Below are positions 37,253 through 47,917 of a stretch of DNA of 64,000 nucleotides, piece after piece. The notes below the pieces were generated by a model. It saw only the letters and a list, made by a program, of their open reading frames with translations. It ran no database searches and was not told where the DNA came from. The stretch lies in assembly GCA_903865745.1 (NCBI GenBank), contig CAIPKV010000012.1:10953-74952 (forward strand). Direction: 5' to 3'. The position numbers were made by a program, and so were the translations under genes. How positions within the stretch are numbered: the first letter of the stretch is position 1; each line of letters begins with the position of its first letter. The DNA is from an uncultured Verrucomicrobia subdivision 3 bacterium (GTDB taxonomy: Bacteria > Verrucomicrobiota > Verrucomicrobiia > Limisphaerales > UBA11358).

Positions 37253-38410
37253 ATGAAATCCCTGCTTCTGGTTTTCATCTTCACAGTGGCCAGCGCGTTC
37301 GCCCAAGTTCCAGCACCAGCTTGGTTGGGTCAGATTAAATTATCCGGCATCAATGGCACACCCGACCAAAAGCTGGCAACGATCAACGGCAAAAACTTTG
37401 CCATTGGCGAGGCATACGATTTGAAATTGAAAGGCCGCACCGTTCGCGTGCAGTGCCTTGAAATTCAAGAGCAGTCCGCGCTGGTGAAGATTCAGGATTT
37501 GCCCACGCCCTACGCATTGACGTTGGCCGGCGAAATTATTCCGATTGGCACCGCGCCCACTCCGGTTGCCACCGCACCAGCCGCCGTGGCGGAACCACCA
37601 AAACCAGCACCCGTAGCACTGGCACCGGCTTTAATTTTTAGCCAGCCAGTGTTTCATCCGCCGGCAATGGTTCAGCCTTTGTCCGTGAGTATAGGCCATT
37701 TTTTAATGTGGGTGTTCCTTGCATTCATATTGGGGCTGGCTCTGGGAGCGGGAGCTGCAAGGTTCCGGTTTCGTAAGAACTTGGGCGAGGCGTTGCTGGC
37801 GGCTACCATTGACAAACATTTTTCCCGGCCACATCTCTTGCTGAATAATGTCACCCTGGCTACGCCGGAGGGCACCACCCAAATTGACCATGTGCTCGTT
37901 GCCGACACCGGTATCTTCGTCATTGAGACTAAACATTATACCGGCTGGATCTTTGGCGATCCACGACAAAGCCAATGGACCCAGCAGATTTACCGGCACA
38001 AATCCCGGTTTCAAAATCCGCTCCACCAGAATTACGGCCACATCAAAACACTACAGTCGCTGTTTGATTTGCCGGCGGAACATTTTCATTCCCTCGTGGT
38101 GTTCACCGGCGATGCTGAGTTCAAGACCGACCTTGGCCCCAATGTCATCCGGCTCGGCAACTTGATACCATTTCTGACCGCCGACCGCCCCAGCCTATAT
38201 GATGAACGCAAGATGACTTACATCGTCGGGCGGATTGAAATGAAGCGCGAACGCCGGTCGCTGGAAACCGACGAATACCACATTAACCATGTTCGCAGCC
38301 GGTTGCCCGGCCAAGCGGTAAAGCCAAATTCGCGGGCTGCGTTTTCGCCACCAGCAGCAAATCCGTTTACATCCGGCTCTGGCGATGAAAAATACCAGCC
38401 GAAAGGATGA
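37253..38410 (+). CDS. Exported/membrane NERD-domain nuclease
   Basis: Signal peptide, TM helix, TTQIDHVLVADTGIFVIETKHYTG, FQNPLHQNYGH. Confidence 0.85.
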   Translation: MKSLLLVFIFTVASAFAQVPAPAWLGQIKLSGINGTPDQKLATINGKNFAIGEAYDLKLKGRTVRVQCLEIQEQSALVKIQDLPTPYALTLAGEIIPIGTAPTPVATAPAAVAEPPKPAPVALAPALIFSQPVFHPPAMVQPLSVSIGHFLMWVFLAFILGLALGAGAARFRFRKNLGEALLAATIDKHFSRPHLLLNNVTLATPEGTTQIDHVLVADTGIFVIETKHYTGWIFGDPRQSQWTQQIYRHKSRFQNPLHQNYGHIKTLQSLFDLPAEHFHSLVVFTGDAEFKTDLGPNVIRLGNLIPFLTADRPSLYDERKMTYIVGRIEMKRERRSLETDEYHINHVRSRLPGQAVKPNSRAAFSPPAANPFTSGSGDEKYQPKG

Positions 38411-39321
38411 CCATGAGCCACGGCAAACCATACCCAACACAAACGGCGGAAGAAGTTGTCAGCGCCGCCTTGAACGAGCAGGGCTATCTATTTCAGCATA
38501 AAATTATTCGGGTGCTGCAATCCCCAACCAGCGCAGGAAGCCCCAAACATGAATGGTATGTTGAAGCTTCCGAGGTGCCAGTGTCATTGCCCAACGGTGA
38601 CGAGACGCGCGTGGACATCGTTTTGAAGCATCGTTACAGCCAGCCGGATAATCCGTGGCACATTGTCATGGAGTGCAAACGGGCGGCACGGGATTACAAG
38701 CGCTGGGTATTTTTCTCGAAAATAAAATACGCCAAGGGGCCGTGGCCTAATCAATACTACACCGAATACGCGCGATTGTCCGGGGGGTGGAATCACCAAG
38801 GCGAGCCGCCTATGACACACACGGTGGATTTGACGACGGCAGACAGTGACTGCCCCGTTTTTGATTTTGGCGTTGAAGCGCGAATTGAGCCGCCGGGACG
38901 GGATAAGCGCGCATCGGCCACCGATGCGATTGAAGATGCGTTGCGCCAAGTGACCCTGGGGCAGACCGGCCTGGCCAACACCTTGCGCCGCGCACATTCC
39001 CTGATGATCCGGCTCATTCCCGTTGTAGTGACGACTGCGGAGTTGATGGCCGCAGATTTTGACGATGAAAAAATATCGTTGGCCGGCGGCAAAATTGAAC
39101 CCAATGATTTGAAGCTTGAGCCAAGAAAATGGCTGGCCATCAATTATCGTATCAGCAATGTCATCGCCCAATTTTCCGGCGTGAACACCAACCTGACCAC
39201 TTCGATTGCCCAGCATCTTGGCTCGCGCCAAGTCAGGACGGTGTTTGTCGTGCAGGCCGAACACATCCAACCATTTCTCGAATGGCTGGAAAAGTATTTT
39301 CCCTGCGGCGCACAGCGTTGA
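38407..39321 (+). CDS. Putative PD-(D/E)xK nuclease
   Basis: ETRVDIVL...IVMECKR. Confidence 0.55.
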   Translation: MTMSHGKPYPTQTAEEVVSAALNEQGYLFQHKIIRVLQSPTSAGSPKHEWYVEASEVPVSLPNGDETRVDIVLKHRYSQPDNPWHIVMECKRAARDYKRWVFFSKIKYAKGPWPNQYYTEYARLSGGWNHQGEPPMTHTVDLTTADSDCPVFDFGVEARIEPPGRDKRASATDAIEDALRQVTLGQTGLANTLRRAHSLMIRLIPVVVTTAELMAADFDDEKISLAGGKIEPNDLKLEPRKWLAINYRISNVIAQFSGVNTNLTTSIAQHLGSRQVRTVFVVQAEHIQPFLEWLEKYFPCGAQR

Positions 39322-39326
39322 TTTGC

Positions 39327-39929
39327 ATGTCAAATTTCACCTACACCAAACCATTGCCACGGCGACCAGAGCAACCGTTTCAAGACGGCGATGCCAAAAT
39401 GGATTTTGCCTTGGTGGATTTTTGGCAGTGGAGCGCATCCGATTTGTTGAACAACGTAACGCGTGGAAACTTGGCCGAATTCATTGTCGCCAAGGCGCTG
39501 GGCATTTCAACGGCAGTGCGGACGGTTTGGGCCGCCTACGATTTATTGATGACTTTAGAAACAGGACGACAGCTAAAGATTGAAGTCAAATCCGCCGCCT
39601 ACCTACAAGGCTGGGAGCAAGACAAGTATTCGCTCATTCAGTTCGATGCACGCAAAACCAAAGCTCTGGACGAAGCGACCAGTATTTATGCCGGGACATC
39701 AAAACGGCAGGCCGATGTTTATGTCTTCGCACTATTGAAGCACAAGGACCGGCCAACGATTGAGCCGTTGAATTTGGCCCAATGGGACTTTTACGTTTTG
39801 TCCACGGCGACATTGAATCGCGAAATTGGCGAGGGGCATTCCATTTCTCTCAAAACGCTAAATAAGCTGACTTGCCCCGTCAGTTTTTCAAATCTGCTAC
39901 CATCCGTCGTTCAGGCCGCGTTGCCATGA
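39327..39929 (+). CDS. Putative PD-(D/E)xK-family protein
   Basis: RGNLAEFIVA, AYDL...KIEVKSAAYLQ. Confidence 0.6.
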   Translation: MSNFTYTKPLPRRPEQPFQDGDAKMDFALVDFWQWSASDLLNNVTRGNLAEFIVAKALGISTAVRTVWAAYDLLMTLETGRQLKIEVKSAAYLQGWEQDKYSLIQFDARKTKALDEATSIYAGTSKRQADVYVFALLKHKDRPTIEPLNLAQWDFYVLSTATLNREIGEGHSISLKTLNKLTCPVSFSNLLPSVVQAALP

Positions 39930-39948
39930 AATGTTGCGCGAGGGCAAT

Positions 39949-40170
39949 TCAAAGTTCGGAAACCAAATCACGGAGGTGGACGCCAAGAGCTTTGGCGATT
40001 TGCGCCAATGTTTCCACCGTAACCTTGTATTCAGCCCGCTCGATATTCCCGATGTAATTTCGAGCCAGATTCGCCTTTTCCGCAAGCTGCTCCTGCGTCA
40101 AGCCGGCCTTTATGCGTTCGCAGCGAATTTTTTCACCGAGCACTTTGGATAGTTTGTTGCGTTTTGGCAC
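39949..40170 (-). CDS. XRE-family HTH regulator
   Basis: LTQEQLAEKANLARNYIGNIERAE. Confidence 0.9.
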   Translation of the reverse strand: MPKRNKLSKVLGEKIRCERIKAGLTQEQLAEKANLARNYIGNIERAEYKVTVETLAQIAKALGVHLRDLVSEL

Positions 40171-40531
40171 TCATCGTAGCAAACCAAGAATGTCCCCGTT
40201 GCTCTACCAAGCACACTTGGTATTTTTAATCTTGCGAGCTTTTCGCTAAAGCGATAGTAATCCAGCGCAGTTTGGCGAGACGCCGCCCGGCGACCTGGGT
40301 TATGACCGCATCTGGAAAACTGTCCGAGGAGATAACCGGCTTCGTCGTTGGGACGCCAAACGCCGGACGGTGGAAATTATCTTCACGGACACCGCTTTTT
40401 CGCAGGGTGAATATTATTTCGGGTTGGTTGAAAGATTGTCCAGTTTGCTTCGTATCCATAATGAGGCTGTCAGGTAGTCGGCTCGTTTTGCCTTTGAAAG
40501 CCACCGGCGAACAGCACACGAGGAACCCGAT

Positions 40532-40942
40532 ATGAAAAAGAAGATTCTGGTGGTCGAAGACGAACCGGCCGTGGCGTCACTTATTACATTTTTGCTGGCT
40601 CGCGCCGGTTACGAAGTTGAGAACGCCTTCAATGGGACACGCGGATTGGAGCTTGGAACCACGCAAAAATTTAATCTCATCTTGCTGGACGTGGACTTGC
40701 CCGGCATCAATGGCTTTGACATCTGCCGCGAGTTAAAGCAAAGATGGATTTGCCATTGCACCCCGATTGTCTTTCTTTCGGGAAACGCGCTGGAGAAAAG
40801 ACGGACAAAAGCCTTGGAACTTGGCGCGGCAGATTTCATTCCCAAGCCGTTCATTGTGGAAGATTTTATGGAGCGGATTGCACTCCACATTTCATCGGCA
40901 GAAACCAGCGGCACAGCTACGTCACCAGGGCAATTGGTATGA
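40532..40942 (+). CDS. Stand-alone response regulator receiver
   Basis: ILVVEDE, LLDVDLPG, FIPKP. Confidence 0.9.
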   Translation: MKKKILVVEDEPAVASLITFLLARAGYEVENAFNGTRGLELGTTQKFNLILLDVDLPGINGFDICRELKQRWICHCTPIVFLSGNALEKRRTKALELGAADFIPKPFIVEDFMERIALHISSAETSGTATSPGQLV

Positions 40943-41050
40943 CCGAAAAGAAACCAATTTCACACGCTGCGGAGAAGTGGCTGAATCAGCTTGCCGGCCA
41001 AGTCGGATTTGCCAGACTTGCCCACGTCCGCGTGCCAAGAGAATAAATTT

Positions 41051-42541
41051 ATGAGAACACAATCGCTTTTGAGCATACTGTCGCAGCTCCTGACCGTGAA
41101 GCTTTCCCGCGCCCTGTTTGTCGGCGCGGTTTTTTTCTTTCTGGTAACAAATGCGCGGGCGCAGACACCGCCCGGCGGCGGAGGCGGTTCGTCAGGGCCA
41201 ACCTACACGCCCCTCAATTCATGGTCGTTCCACGACCCGACCAACTGGACGAGCGATTATGGCACCGCTCCCGTCAGTTTCACCAATCTTGCCTTTTCCT
41301 ATCTCGGCCTCGGTTCGTCGCTCGTTGTGGATACGAATCTTCCGGCATGGCTCAAATTTAAGACTGTGGAAACCGGCGGCTCGACCAACCTGACGGTCAA
41401 TCAGGGCAGCGTTTTATTTTGGTTCGCCCCCGGAAGCTGGTCGTCTACGAACGCTGGCGGCAGCGGTCCAGGACAATACGCGCGCTTGATTGAAGCCGGC
41501 CAATACACCACAAATTCCAGCGTTGGCTGGTGGAGCGTTTATGTTGATCCCGCCGCCGACAATATCTACTTTTCGGCGCAGACCAACGATAATTCTGGCA
41601 CCTACTCCAACTATCTTACTGCCCCGATTTCGTGGAAAACGAACTATTTTCACTTCGTTGCGCTGACTTTTTCGGCGACCAATTCCTTACTCTATTTGGA
41701 CGGCGCACTGGCAACAAACGGCCCCGGCGTGACGGTCTATCCGGGAGCAAACGCTTTGACCAACGGCTTTACCATTGGCGGTGACGCCGCTGGTAACTAC
41801 GAATCGCACGGTCTGTTTAACAATGTGGCGACCTACAATATGCCTCTGGATAGCAGCACGATTTCAGACATTTTCAGCCGAACCCTTCCGCTCTACATGA
41901 TGAGTCCTTGGAATATGGCTATGTGGCCGTTGAACAATGCAACTTCCAGCCCGGCCTATACGCCCATTGCCGGTTTCAACGCCATCAGCGGACAGGGCAA
42001 TCTTTTGTGGGATGGCTACGCCTCGACGTGTTCGTATGACACGAACATCTGGATCAGCAATGTCTCGGCAGCCCATGCTACCAACGGCACGACGAGCGTG
42101 ACGTTCACCATTCAAGGCGGTGCTGACGGCGTTCCGTATGATGTTTTCGCCAATTCGATTCTTTCGAGCGGCACGAACGGCATTCCGTGGGCTTGGATGG
42201 GGCAAGGCTATCATTGCAACACCTACACACTGGCAAACTTGTCTAGTTCGATTTGTTTCTTGAGGCTGGGGACGCCGCAGGACACTTCGGGCATGGGCTT
42301 GACCGACGCCTACGAATGGCTGGTGCTGCACATCAGCCCCTACGGCTCGCAGACGGACGCCTACGGCGTTCCTTATGCTTGGTATGCGATGAATGGACTG
42401 GACATCGGTTCAGCCACCCAAGACCCCGACCGTGACGGTCTGCTGAATTATCAGGAGTATTTATATGGCACGCGCCCACAGGTATCGGAAGGGTTTTCTA
42501 TTTGGGTGAGCCAGCCGGGAACCACCAGCAACCTGCCTTGA
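41051..42541 (+). CDS. Secreted LamG/ConA-like protein with a TSP3-like repeat
   Basis: Signal peptide; FHFVALTF..LYLDG LamG pattern; DPDRDGLLNYQEY. Confidence 0.75.
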   Translation: MRTQSLLSILSQLLTVKLSRALFVGAVFFFLVTNARAQTPPGGGGGSSGPTYTPLNSWSFHDPTNWTSDYGTAPVSFTNLAFSYLGLGSSLVVDTNLPAWLKFKTVETGGSTNLTVNQGSVLFWFAPGSWSSTNAGGSGPGQYARLIEAGQYTTNSSVGWWSVYVDPAADNIYFSAQTNDNSGTYSNYLTAPISWKTNYFHFVALTFSATNSLLYLDGALATNGPGVTVYPGANALTNGFTIGGDAAGNYESHGLFNNVATYNMPLDSSTISDIFSRTLPLYMMSPWNMAMWPLNNATSSPAYTPIAGFNAISGQGNLLWDGYASTCSYDTNIWISNVSAAHATNGTTSVTFTIQGGADGVPYDVFANSILSSGTNGIPWAWMGQGYHCNTYTLANLSSSICFLRLGTPQDTSGMGLTDAYEWLVLHISPYGSQTDAYGVPYAWYAMNGLDIGSATQDPDRDGLLNYQEYLYGTRPQVSEGFSIWVSQPGTTSNLP

Positions 42542-42558
42542 ACATTTACAGGATTACC

Positions 42559-45500
42559 ATGAAAATACTTCTCTGTCTTTTCGCCGTTGCTCTATGTCAG
42601 GCAACCGCTTTCGCCGGTTTTCCACTGAATTTCCAACCCCCACCTCCGCCCTGCCAAGAATGCCCCTGTCCACCGGGATCAGGCGGTTCTGGTGGCTCCG
42701 GTGGCAGTGGTGGTTTTGGCGGTGGTGGCGGTGGCAGTAGCTGTTCAACTTGTAGAGGTGGTGGCGGTTTTTTTGGCGTGGAGGGTTCTACCGGCGGGAT
42801 GCCGGATTGGAGGGTGAACGAACCGAATATCGATTTGCGACTGCATGATGAACCGTTGGCTTATCAGTCCAGTGTCGGGCGTGTTTCGTTTCAAATCAAT
42901 TATTGGCAGCGTGACGACCGCATGCCGACCAACAATATTTTCACAATGGGGCCGGGCTGGGAATGTTCCTGGCAATCTTACATTGACACGGACGGAACCA
43001 CCTATGACCCAGTGACACTTTACGGCGCGGGCGGAGGTGAAATTCAATTCAATGACTTGTCCGGCACCACGCCCAATTATTATTACAATCTGCGGATGTT
43101 GTCCTTGACCGACACCAACGGCAACTTATCCGGTTTTGAAGTGTTTCACTCGTCCGGTGCGGTTGACTATTACAATTTTCTGGCGACCAACAGTAGCGGC
43201 AATGTCACACGGGCTTACTTGAGTCAGAAACTTGACCCGCAAGGCCACGCCACCACCTTTATTTATTCTCCATTCAACCCCGCCACCGACGTTGTGGAGT
43301 TGAATTATGTGGTTGATCCCGATGGCAAGACCAACACTATTTCCTACACCAGCAACGCCAGCTACAATTATTTGATTTCGCAGGTGCAAGACCCCTACGG
43401 CCACGCCGTCAATTTCGCTTACGATTCTTCCGGCTACCTGACCAACGTAACCGACGTGGCCGGCCTTTCCAGTTCGTTCGGCTACTCGGATGTTGCGGTC
43501 GGCAACGACTATTTTGCTTACTGGTTTGGCTATGAAACTAACCGCTGGCTTGACCAGTTGACCACGCCCTACGGCACGACCAGCTTCTCTTTCACGGACG
43601 AAGGACTAGAACTTGATCCGTGGGATATGTATTGGCTGGTGACGGATGGCTATGTGAGCAGCATTCTCCGTTCGGTGGTTGTGACCGAGCCAAACGGCAG
43701 TCACCAGATGTTCGCCTATAACAGTTACGCGACCTTTGCATGGAGCAATGTCAACACGACGAACATCCCATCCAGCACACCGGACGGCTCATTGCTCGAT
43801 GATGGCGCCTACCTCGTTTATCGGAATACTTTTTATTGGGGACGCCAGCAGTTCGCCAACTTGTCCGCCGATTTCCTTGTCACCGGCGCGACCAACTGGG
43901 ATTTGACGCAGTTGTCAGATAATGATTTTCTGAAAGGCCGCTGGCAGCATTGGCTGCATTCTTCCGACGGCGGGCAATCAGACGCACTTTCGATGGAACA
44001 AGACCCCAGCCCGGATGGAGCCAAGCCGGGCGAAATGACTTGGTTCACCTATCCCGGCCAGCCGCCGGGGGGCGTGTATGACCTGTATGGCAACCAGGCT
44101 TCTTATTATCAGGGAACGTCGGATTCGCCCACGCTGACAATTAAAGTTCTGCCTGACGGTTCACAGTGGTATCAGGAGTATCAGACTGACCAGTGGGGCA
44201 ACCGCACAAACGTCATTAGCACATGGACGTTGCCCAATGGCAGCGTCGGCACACGCACAAACAGTTATATCTATGCCACCAACGGACAAGATTTGCTGGC
44301 TGCCATACGTGCCGACGGTGTTGTTACTTCTGCTTACGGTTATGATGCCAGCCATCAGGTCATTGCCATGACCAATGCCCTTGGCGAAGTGACGCGCTTC
44401 ACTTACAACGCCAACGAGCAGTTGACCAGCACCAGATCGCCAAGCGGGCTGGTGACGACGAACATTTACGGCGCGAATGGTTTTCTGGCACAGCAGATCG
44501 ACATCGGTTTTTCCACCAACAGCTACACCTACACGAACGGCTTGGTCTATACCCACACCGACGAGCGCGGGTTGACGGTGACGAACACTTGGGACGCGTT
44601 GCAGCGGCTGACCCAAGCGGCTTACCCCGACGGCACAGCCGAATCCTTCATTTACAACAAGCTGGATTTGGCAAAAAAGACCGACCGCATGGGCTTTGCC
44701 ACCGGCTACGCTTACAACGCCATCCGCCAGAGGATTTTTGAAACGAACGCGCTCGGCTATGTGACGGCCTACGCCTATTGCGATTGCGGCGGGCTGGATT
44801 CCATCACCGACCCGCTCGGCAATGTCACGCACTTCTCGCGCGACAACCAGGGTAATCTCGTCCGAACAATTTTCCCCGACGGCTATTCCGTCACGAACCA
44901 ATACAATCTGCTGAAACAACTGGTGCAGCGCACCGACAGTTCCGGCGCGGTTGATAATTACACGTTCAACAACCAAGGCCGGACAATCGCCGTCAGCAAC
45001 GCGGTCGGCCAAGTGGCCGCTTATGCCTTTGACATTGATGACCGCACCGCCAGCCAGACCGACGCCAACGGCGTGACCATCAGCCAGACGTTTGACAGCC
45101 TCAACCGCTTGACCAGCCGCACCTATCCGAACGGCGGCGAGGAAAGTTTCGGGTTCACACTGAATGTCATCGCCCCGACCAGCTACACGAACCAAGTCGG
45201 CAGCGTGACGCTTTACAGCTTCGACGCTCTGGACAGAAAAACCACCGAGGCGCATCCAAACGTTTCCACCAACCAATTTACTTACAATGCGGCAAGTGAC
45301 TTGTTGACGCTTATAGACGGCAACAATCGCACGACAAAATGGAACTACGATTTGTTTGGGCGCGTGACGAACAAGGTGGACGCGTTGAACCGTAACGCCT
45401 TCATTTACACTTACGACGCCGACAACCGGCTGACGAATCGGTGGACGCCGGAAAAGGGGAATACCTTCTACGTTTTTGATGCCGCCAATAACGTGACGCA

Positions 45501-47448
45501 GGTTCGCTATCCACAGCAGACCAACTTTTATGCGTTTGATGCGTTGAACCGGCTAACGAACATGGTGGATGCGGCGGGGACAACGGCGCGGAGCTACACG
45601 CCCGCCGGATTTTTGGCGAGTGAAGGCGGCTTGTGGTCTGGTGACATGGTTAGCATCGGCTACACGAACCGGCTGCGAACCAGTTTGAACATCGGTTCGA
45701 CATGGAATCAAAATTACGGTTATGATTTAGAGCGGCGGCTTGTGTCCATAAGTTCACCGGCGGGCGCATTCAATTACAACTACAATTATCAACCGGCCTC
45801 GTCGCTGGTGGCGGAGATCGGTTTGCCGAACGGCGCGGCCATCACCAATTTTTATGACCCAATGGCAAGGTTGCAGGAAACCGACTTGAAAAATTATTGG
45901 GGTCACACGCTGGACGGCTACGCCTATCAATATGACTTGGCAAACCAGCGGACGAACATCACGCGCAATCTTGGCGTGACGGCTTCAAGTGTCAGCGTCG
46001 GCTACGATTCAATCAGCGAGGTTGTTTCTTGGAAAGCCACGGAAACAAACGGCTCGCCGCGCCTGCATGAGCAACTGGCTTGGGGATATGATGCGGCGAG
46101 CAATCTACGTTCCCGCACCAATGGCACATTGGCTCAAAGTTTCACCGTGGACGCAGCGAACGAGTTGACGGGTATTTCTCGCGCGGGAAACTTTACTTTA
46201 AGCGGCGCGACGCCCGCGCCCGCAACCAACGTGACCGTCAACGGGCTGGCGGCGGAAATTTACGGGGACTTCACTTTCGCCCGAACCAATCTAACCTTGC
46301 TCGACGGCAACAACACGTTCACCAACGTCGCGCAAAATGTCTATGGCGCTGTGACGACCAACACTTTCACCGCCAATCTGCCGCAGAACGTCAGCTTGGG
46401 TTTTGACGCCAATGGAAATCTCACCAACGACGGCTTGCACTCGCTCGCTTACAATGCGGAAAACCAGCTTACCAACGTCACCGCCGCCGGGAAATTTAAG
46501 AAGGATTTTGTCTATGACGGATTGAGCCGATTGCGGATCAAGCGGGAATTTACTTGGAACGGCAGTTCATGGACGGAGGCCAGCGAAACGAGGTTTGTTT
46601 GGGATGGCAACGTCATCGTCCAATTGCGCAATTCAAACAATGTCCCGACTCTGACGTTGACGCGTGGTTTGGATATGAGTGGAAGTTTGCAGGGCGCGGG
46701 CGGCATCGGCGGCTTGCTGGCGATGACCGGCGCGGGCGGAGCAAATTATTTTTATCATGCGGATGGCAATGGGAACGTGACAGCCTTAATAGACGCCTCG
46801 CAAAATGTCGTCCAGCGGCGGATGTATGATGCCTTTGGCCGGACAACCAGACTTACCGGCATTCAAACTGGAAACCCGTTCTGGTTTTCGAGCCAGTTGC
46901 ATGATGAAGATACGGATTTTTACAGTTACGAATATCGTATGTATATCCCTGCCTTGCAGCGGTGGAGCAGTGAAGATCCGATAGGAGAACGGGGTTTTGC
47001 GCTTTTACAAACTCGCAGCATCAAACTATTGAGGTTCGTTGAAATGTTCAGACAGATTGTCGGAAACAATTTGTATGAATTTGTTAGGAATCGGCCAACG
47101 GGTCTCTACGATGCACGCGGGTTAGCTCCCGGCTCACCGACCGGGCCGAATTCACTTGCGTGCATTGCTGCTGAGGAGCAGCTTGAGGCTGCCGTTGAGC
47201 AATACTTTATTGATCCATCGGAAATCAACGGAATGATAGTTGACGCCGCAATAGCCGCAAGGGACTTAGCTTGTTCGCCGCCACCTCCTCCAGACCCACC
47301 AAGTAATCCTTGTCCTATAATACCACCAATATCACCACCAGCAAAAAAGGCATGCACATGGGCAATAGTAGGAGGAATTGCGTATTGGGTTTGTAGCGAA
47401 GGATCACGCATACTATTTCCTCCACGCAATTTATTGCCAATTCCATAG
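42559..47448 (+). CDS. RHS/YD-repeat protein with signal peptide and C-terminal toxin-like tip
   Basis: Many YxYD repeats, YFYHADGNGNV, RWSSEDPIGE core end, divergent Pro-rich/hydrophobic tip. Confidence 0.9.
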   Translation: MKILLCLFAVALCQATAFAGFPLNFQPPPPPCQECPCPPGSGGSGGSGGSGGFGGGGGGSSCSTCRGGGGFFGVEGSTGGMPDWRVNEPNIDLRLHDEPLAYQSSVGRVSFQINYWQRDDRMPTNNIFTMGPGWECSWQSYIDTDGTTYDPVTLYGAGGGEIQFNDLSGTTPNYYYNLRMLSLTDTNGNLSGFEVFHSSGAVDYYNFLATNSSGNVTRAYLSQKLDPQGHATTFIYSPFNPATDVVELNYVVDPDGKTNTISYTSNASYNYLISQVQDPYGHAVNFAYDSSGYLTNVTDVAGLSSSFGYSDVAVGNDYFAYWFGYETNRWLDQLTTPYGTTSFSFTDEGLELDPWDMYWLVTDGYVSSILRSVVVTEPNGSHQMFAYNSYATFAWSNVNTTNIPSSTPDGSLLDDGAYLVYRNTFYWGRQQFANLSADFLVTGATNWDLTQLSDNDFLKGRWQHWLHSSDGGQSDALSMEQDPSPDGAKPGEMTWFTYPGQPPGGVYDLYGNQASYYQGTSDSPTLTIKVLPDGSQWYQEYQTDQWGNRTNVISTWTLPNGSVGTRTNSYIYATNGQDLLAAIRADGVVTSAYGYDASHQVIAMTNALGEVTRFTYNANEQLTSTRSPSGLVTTNIYGANGFLAQQIDIGFSTNSYTYTNGLVYTHTDERGLTVTNTWDALQRLTQAAYPDGTAESFIYNKLDLAKKTDRMGFATGYAYNAIRQRIFETNALGYVTAYAYCDCGGLDSITDPLGNVTHFSRDNQGNLVRTIFPDGYSVTNQYNLLKQLVQRTDSSGAVDNYTFNNQGRTIAVSNAVGQVAAYAFDIDDRTASQTDANGVTISQTFDSLNRLTSRTYPNGGEESFGFTLNVIAPTSYTNQVGSVTLYSFDALDRKTTEAHPNVSTNQFTYNAASDLLTLIDGNNRTTKWNYDLFGRVTNKVDALNRNAFIYTYDADNRLTNRWTPEKGNTFYVFDAANNVTQVRYPQQTNFYAFDALNRLTNMVDAAGTTARSYTPAGFLASEGGLWSGDMVSIGYTNRLRTSLNIGSTWNQNYGYDLERRLVSISSPAGAFNYNYNYQPASSLVAEIGLPNGAAITNFYDPMARLQETDLKNYWGHTLDGYAYQYDLANQRTNITRNLGVTASSVSVGYDSISEVVSWKATETNGSPRLHEQLAWGYDAASNLRSRTNGTLAQSFTVDAANELTGISRAGNFTLSGATPAPATNVTVNGLAAEIYGDFTFARTNLTLLDGNNTFTNVAQNVYGAVTTNTFTANLPQNVSLGFDANGNLTNDGLHSLAYNAENQLTNVTAAGKFKKDFVYDGLSRLRIKREFTWNGSSWTEASETRFVWDGNVIVQLRNSNNVPTLTLTRGLDMSGSLQGAGGIGGLLAMTGAGGANYFYHADGNGNVTALIDASQNVVQRRMYDAFGRTTRLTGIQTGNPFWFSSQLHDEDTDFYSYEYRMYIPALQRWSSEDPIGERGFALLQTRSIKLLRFVEMFRQIVGNNLYEFVRNRPTGLYDARGLAPGSPTGPNSLACIAAEEQLEAAVEQYFIDPSEINGMIVDAAIAARDLACSPPPPPDPPSNPCPIIPPISPPAKKACTWAIVGGIAYWVCSEGSRILFPPRNLLPIP

Positions 47449-47500
47449 GAGTCTTAAAAATCAGTCGCCGAAATGATTTTTCAAAGCATATCGTAATGTT

Positions 47501-47917
47501 ATGAATTCTATTAGCACTTTTATGTGGCAGTTTTTTGAGGCGCGCGTAGCTGATGCCGAACGCGAGATGAGGGATCGGATGCCGTTCCGCAACAAGTTCT
47601 TTACTGCGGATTGTGTATTTGACAGTCGCACACGAACGTTAGAAATATTGAAATCCGAAGAAATCGAAAGCGTAGATAGCGCGGCATCAACTGTAATTAC
47701 TTTTTCAAAGAATTCCTTCAAGGCATCAGTGTCTGAAAGGCAGAGAAAAAGGTATCATCTGGTGACGGTAGATAACAATTGGCTGATTAGGATGGTTGAA
47801 ATTGAATGTCCAGCTTGTTCCTCTTCAAGCATTGAAGGATGCCGACTATGTAAAGGGACGCGTTGGATTGGCAGCGGATTCACGCCGCCACCTCAACCAC
47901 CAACACATAGACAATGA
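47501..47917 (+). CDS. Putative immunity protein
   Basis: Low-GC gene directly downstream of RHS; C-terminal CPAC..CRLC. Confidence 0.55.
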   Translation: MNSISTFMWQFFEARVADAEREMRDRMPFRNKFFTADCVFDSRTRTLEILKSEEIESVDSAASTVITFSKNSFKASVSERQRKRYHLVTVDNNWLIRMVEIECPACSSSSIEGCRLCKGTRWIGSGFTPPPQPPTHRQ

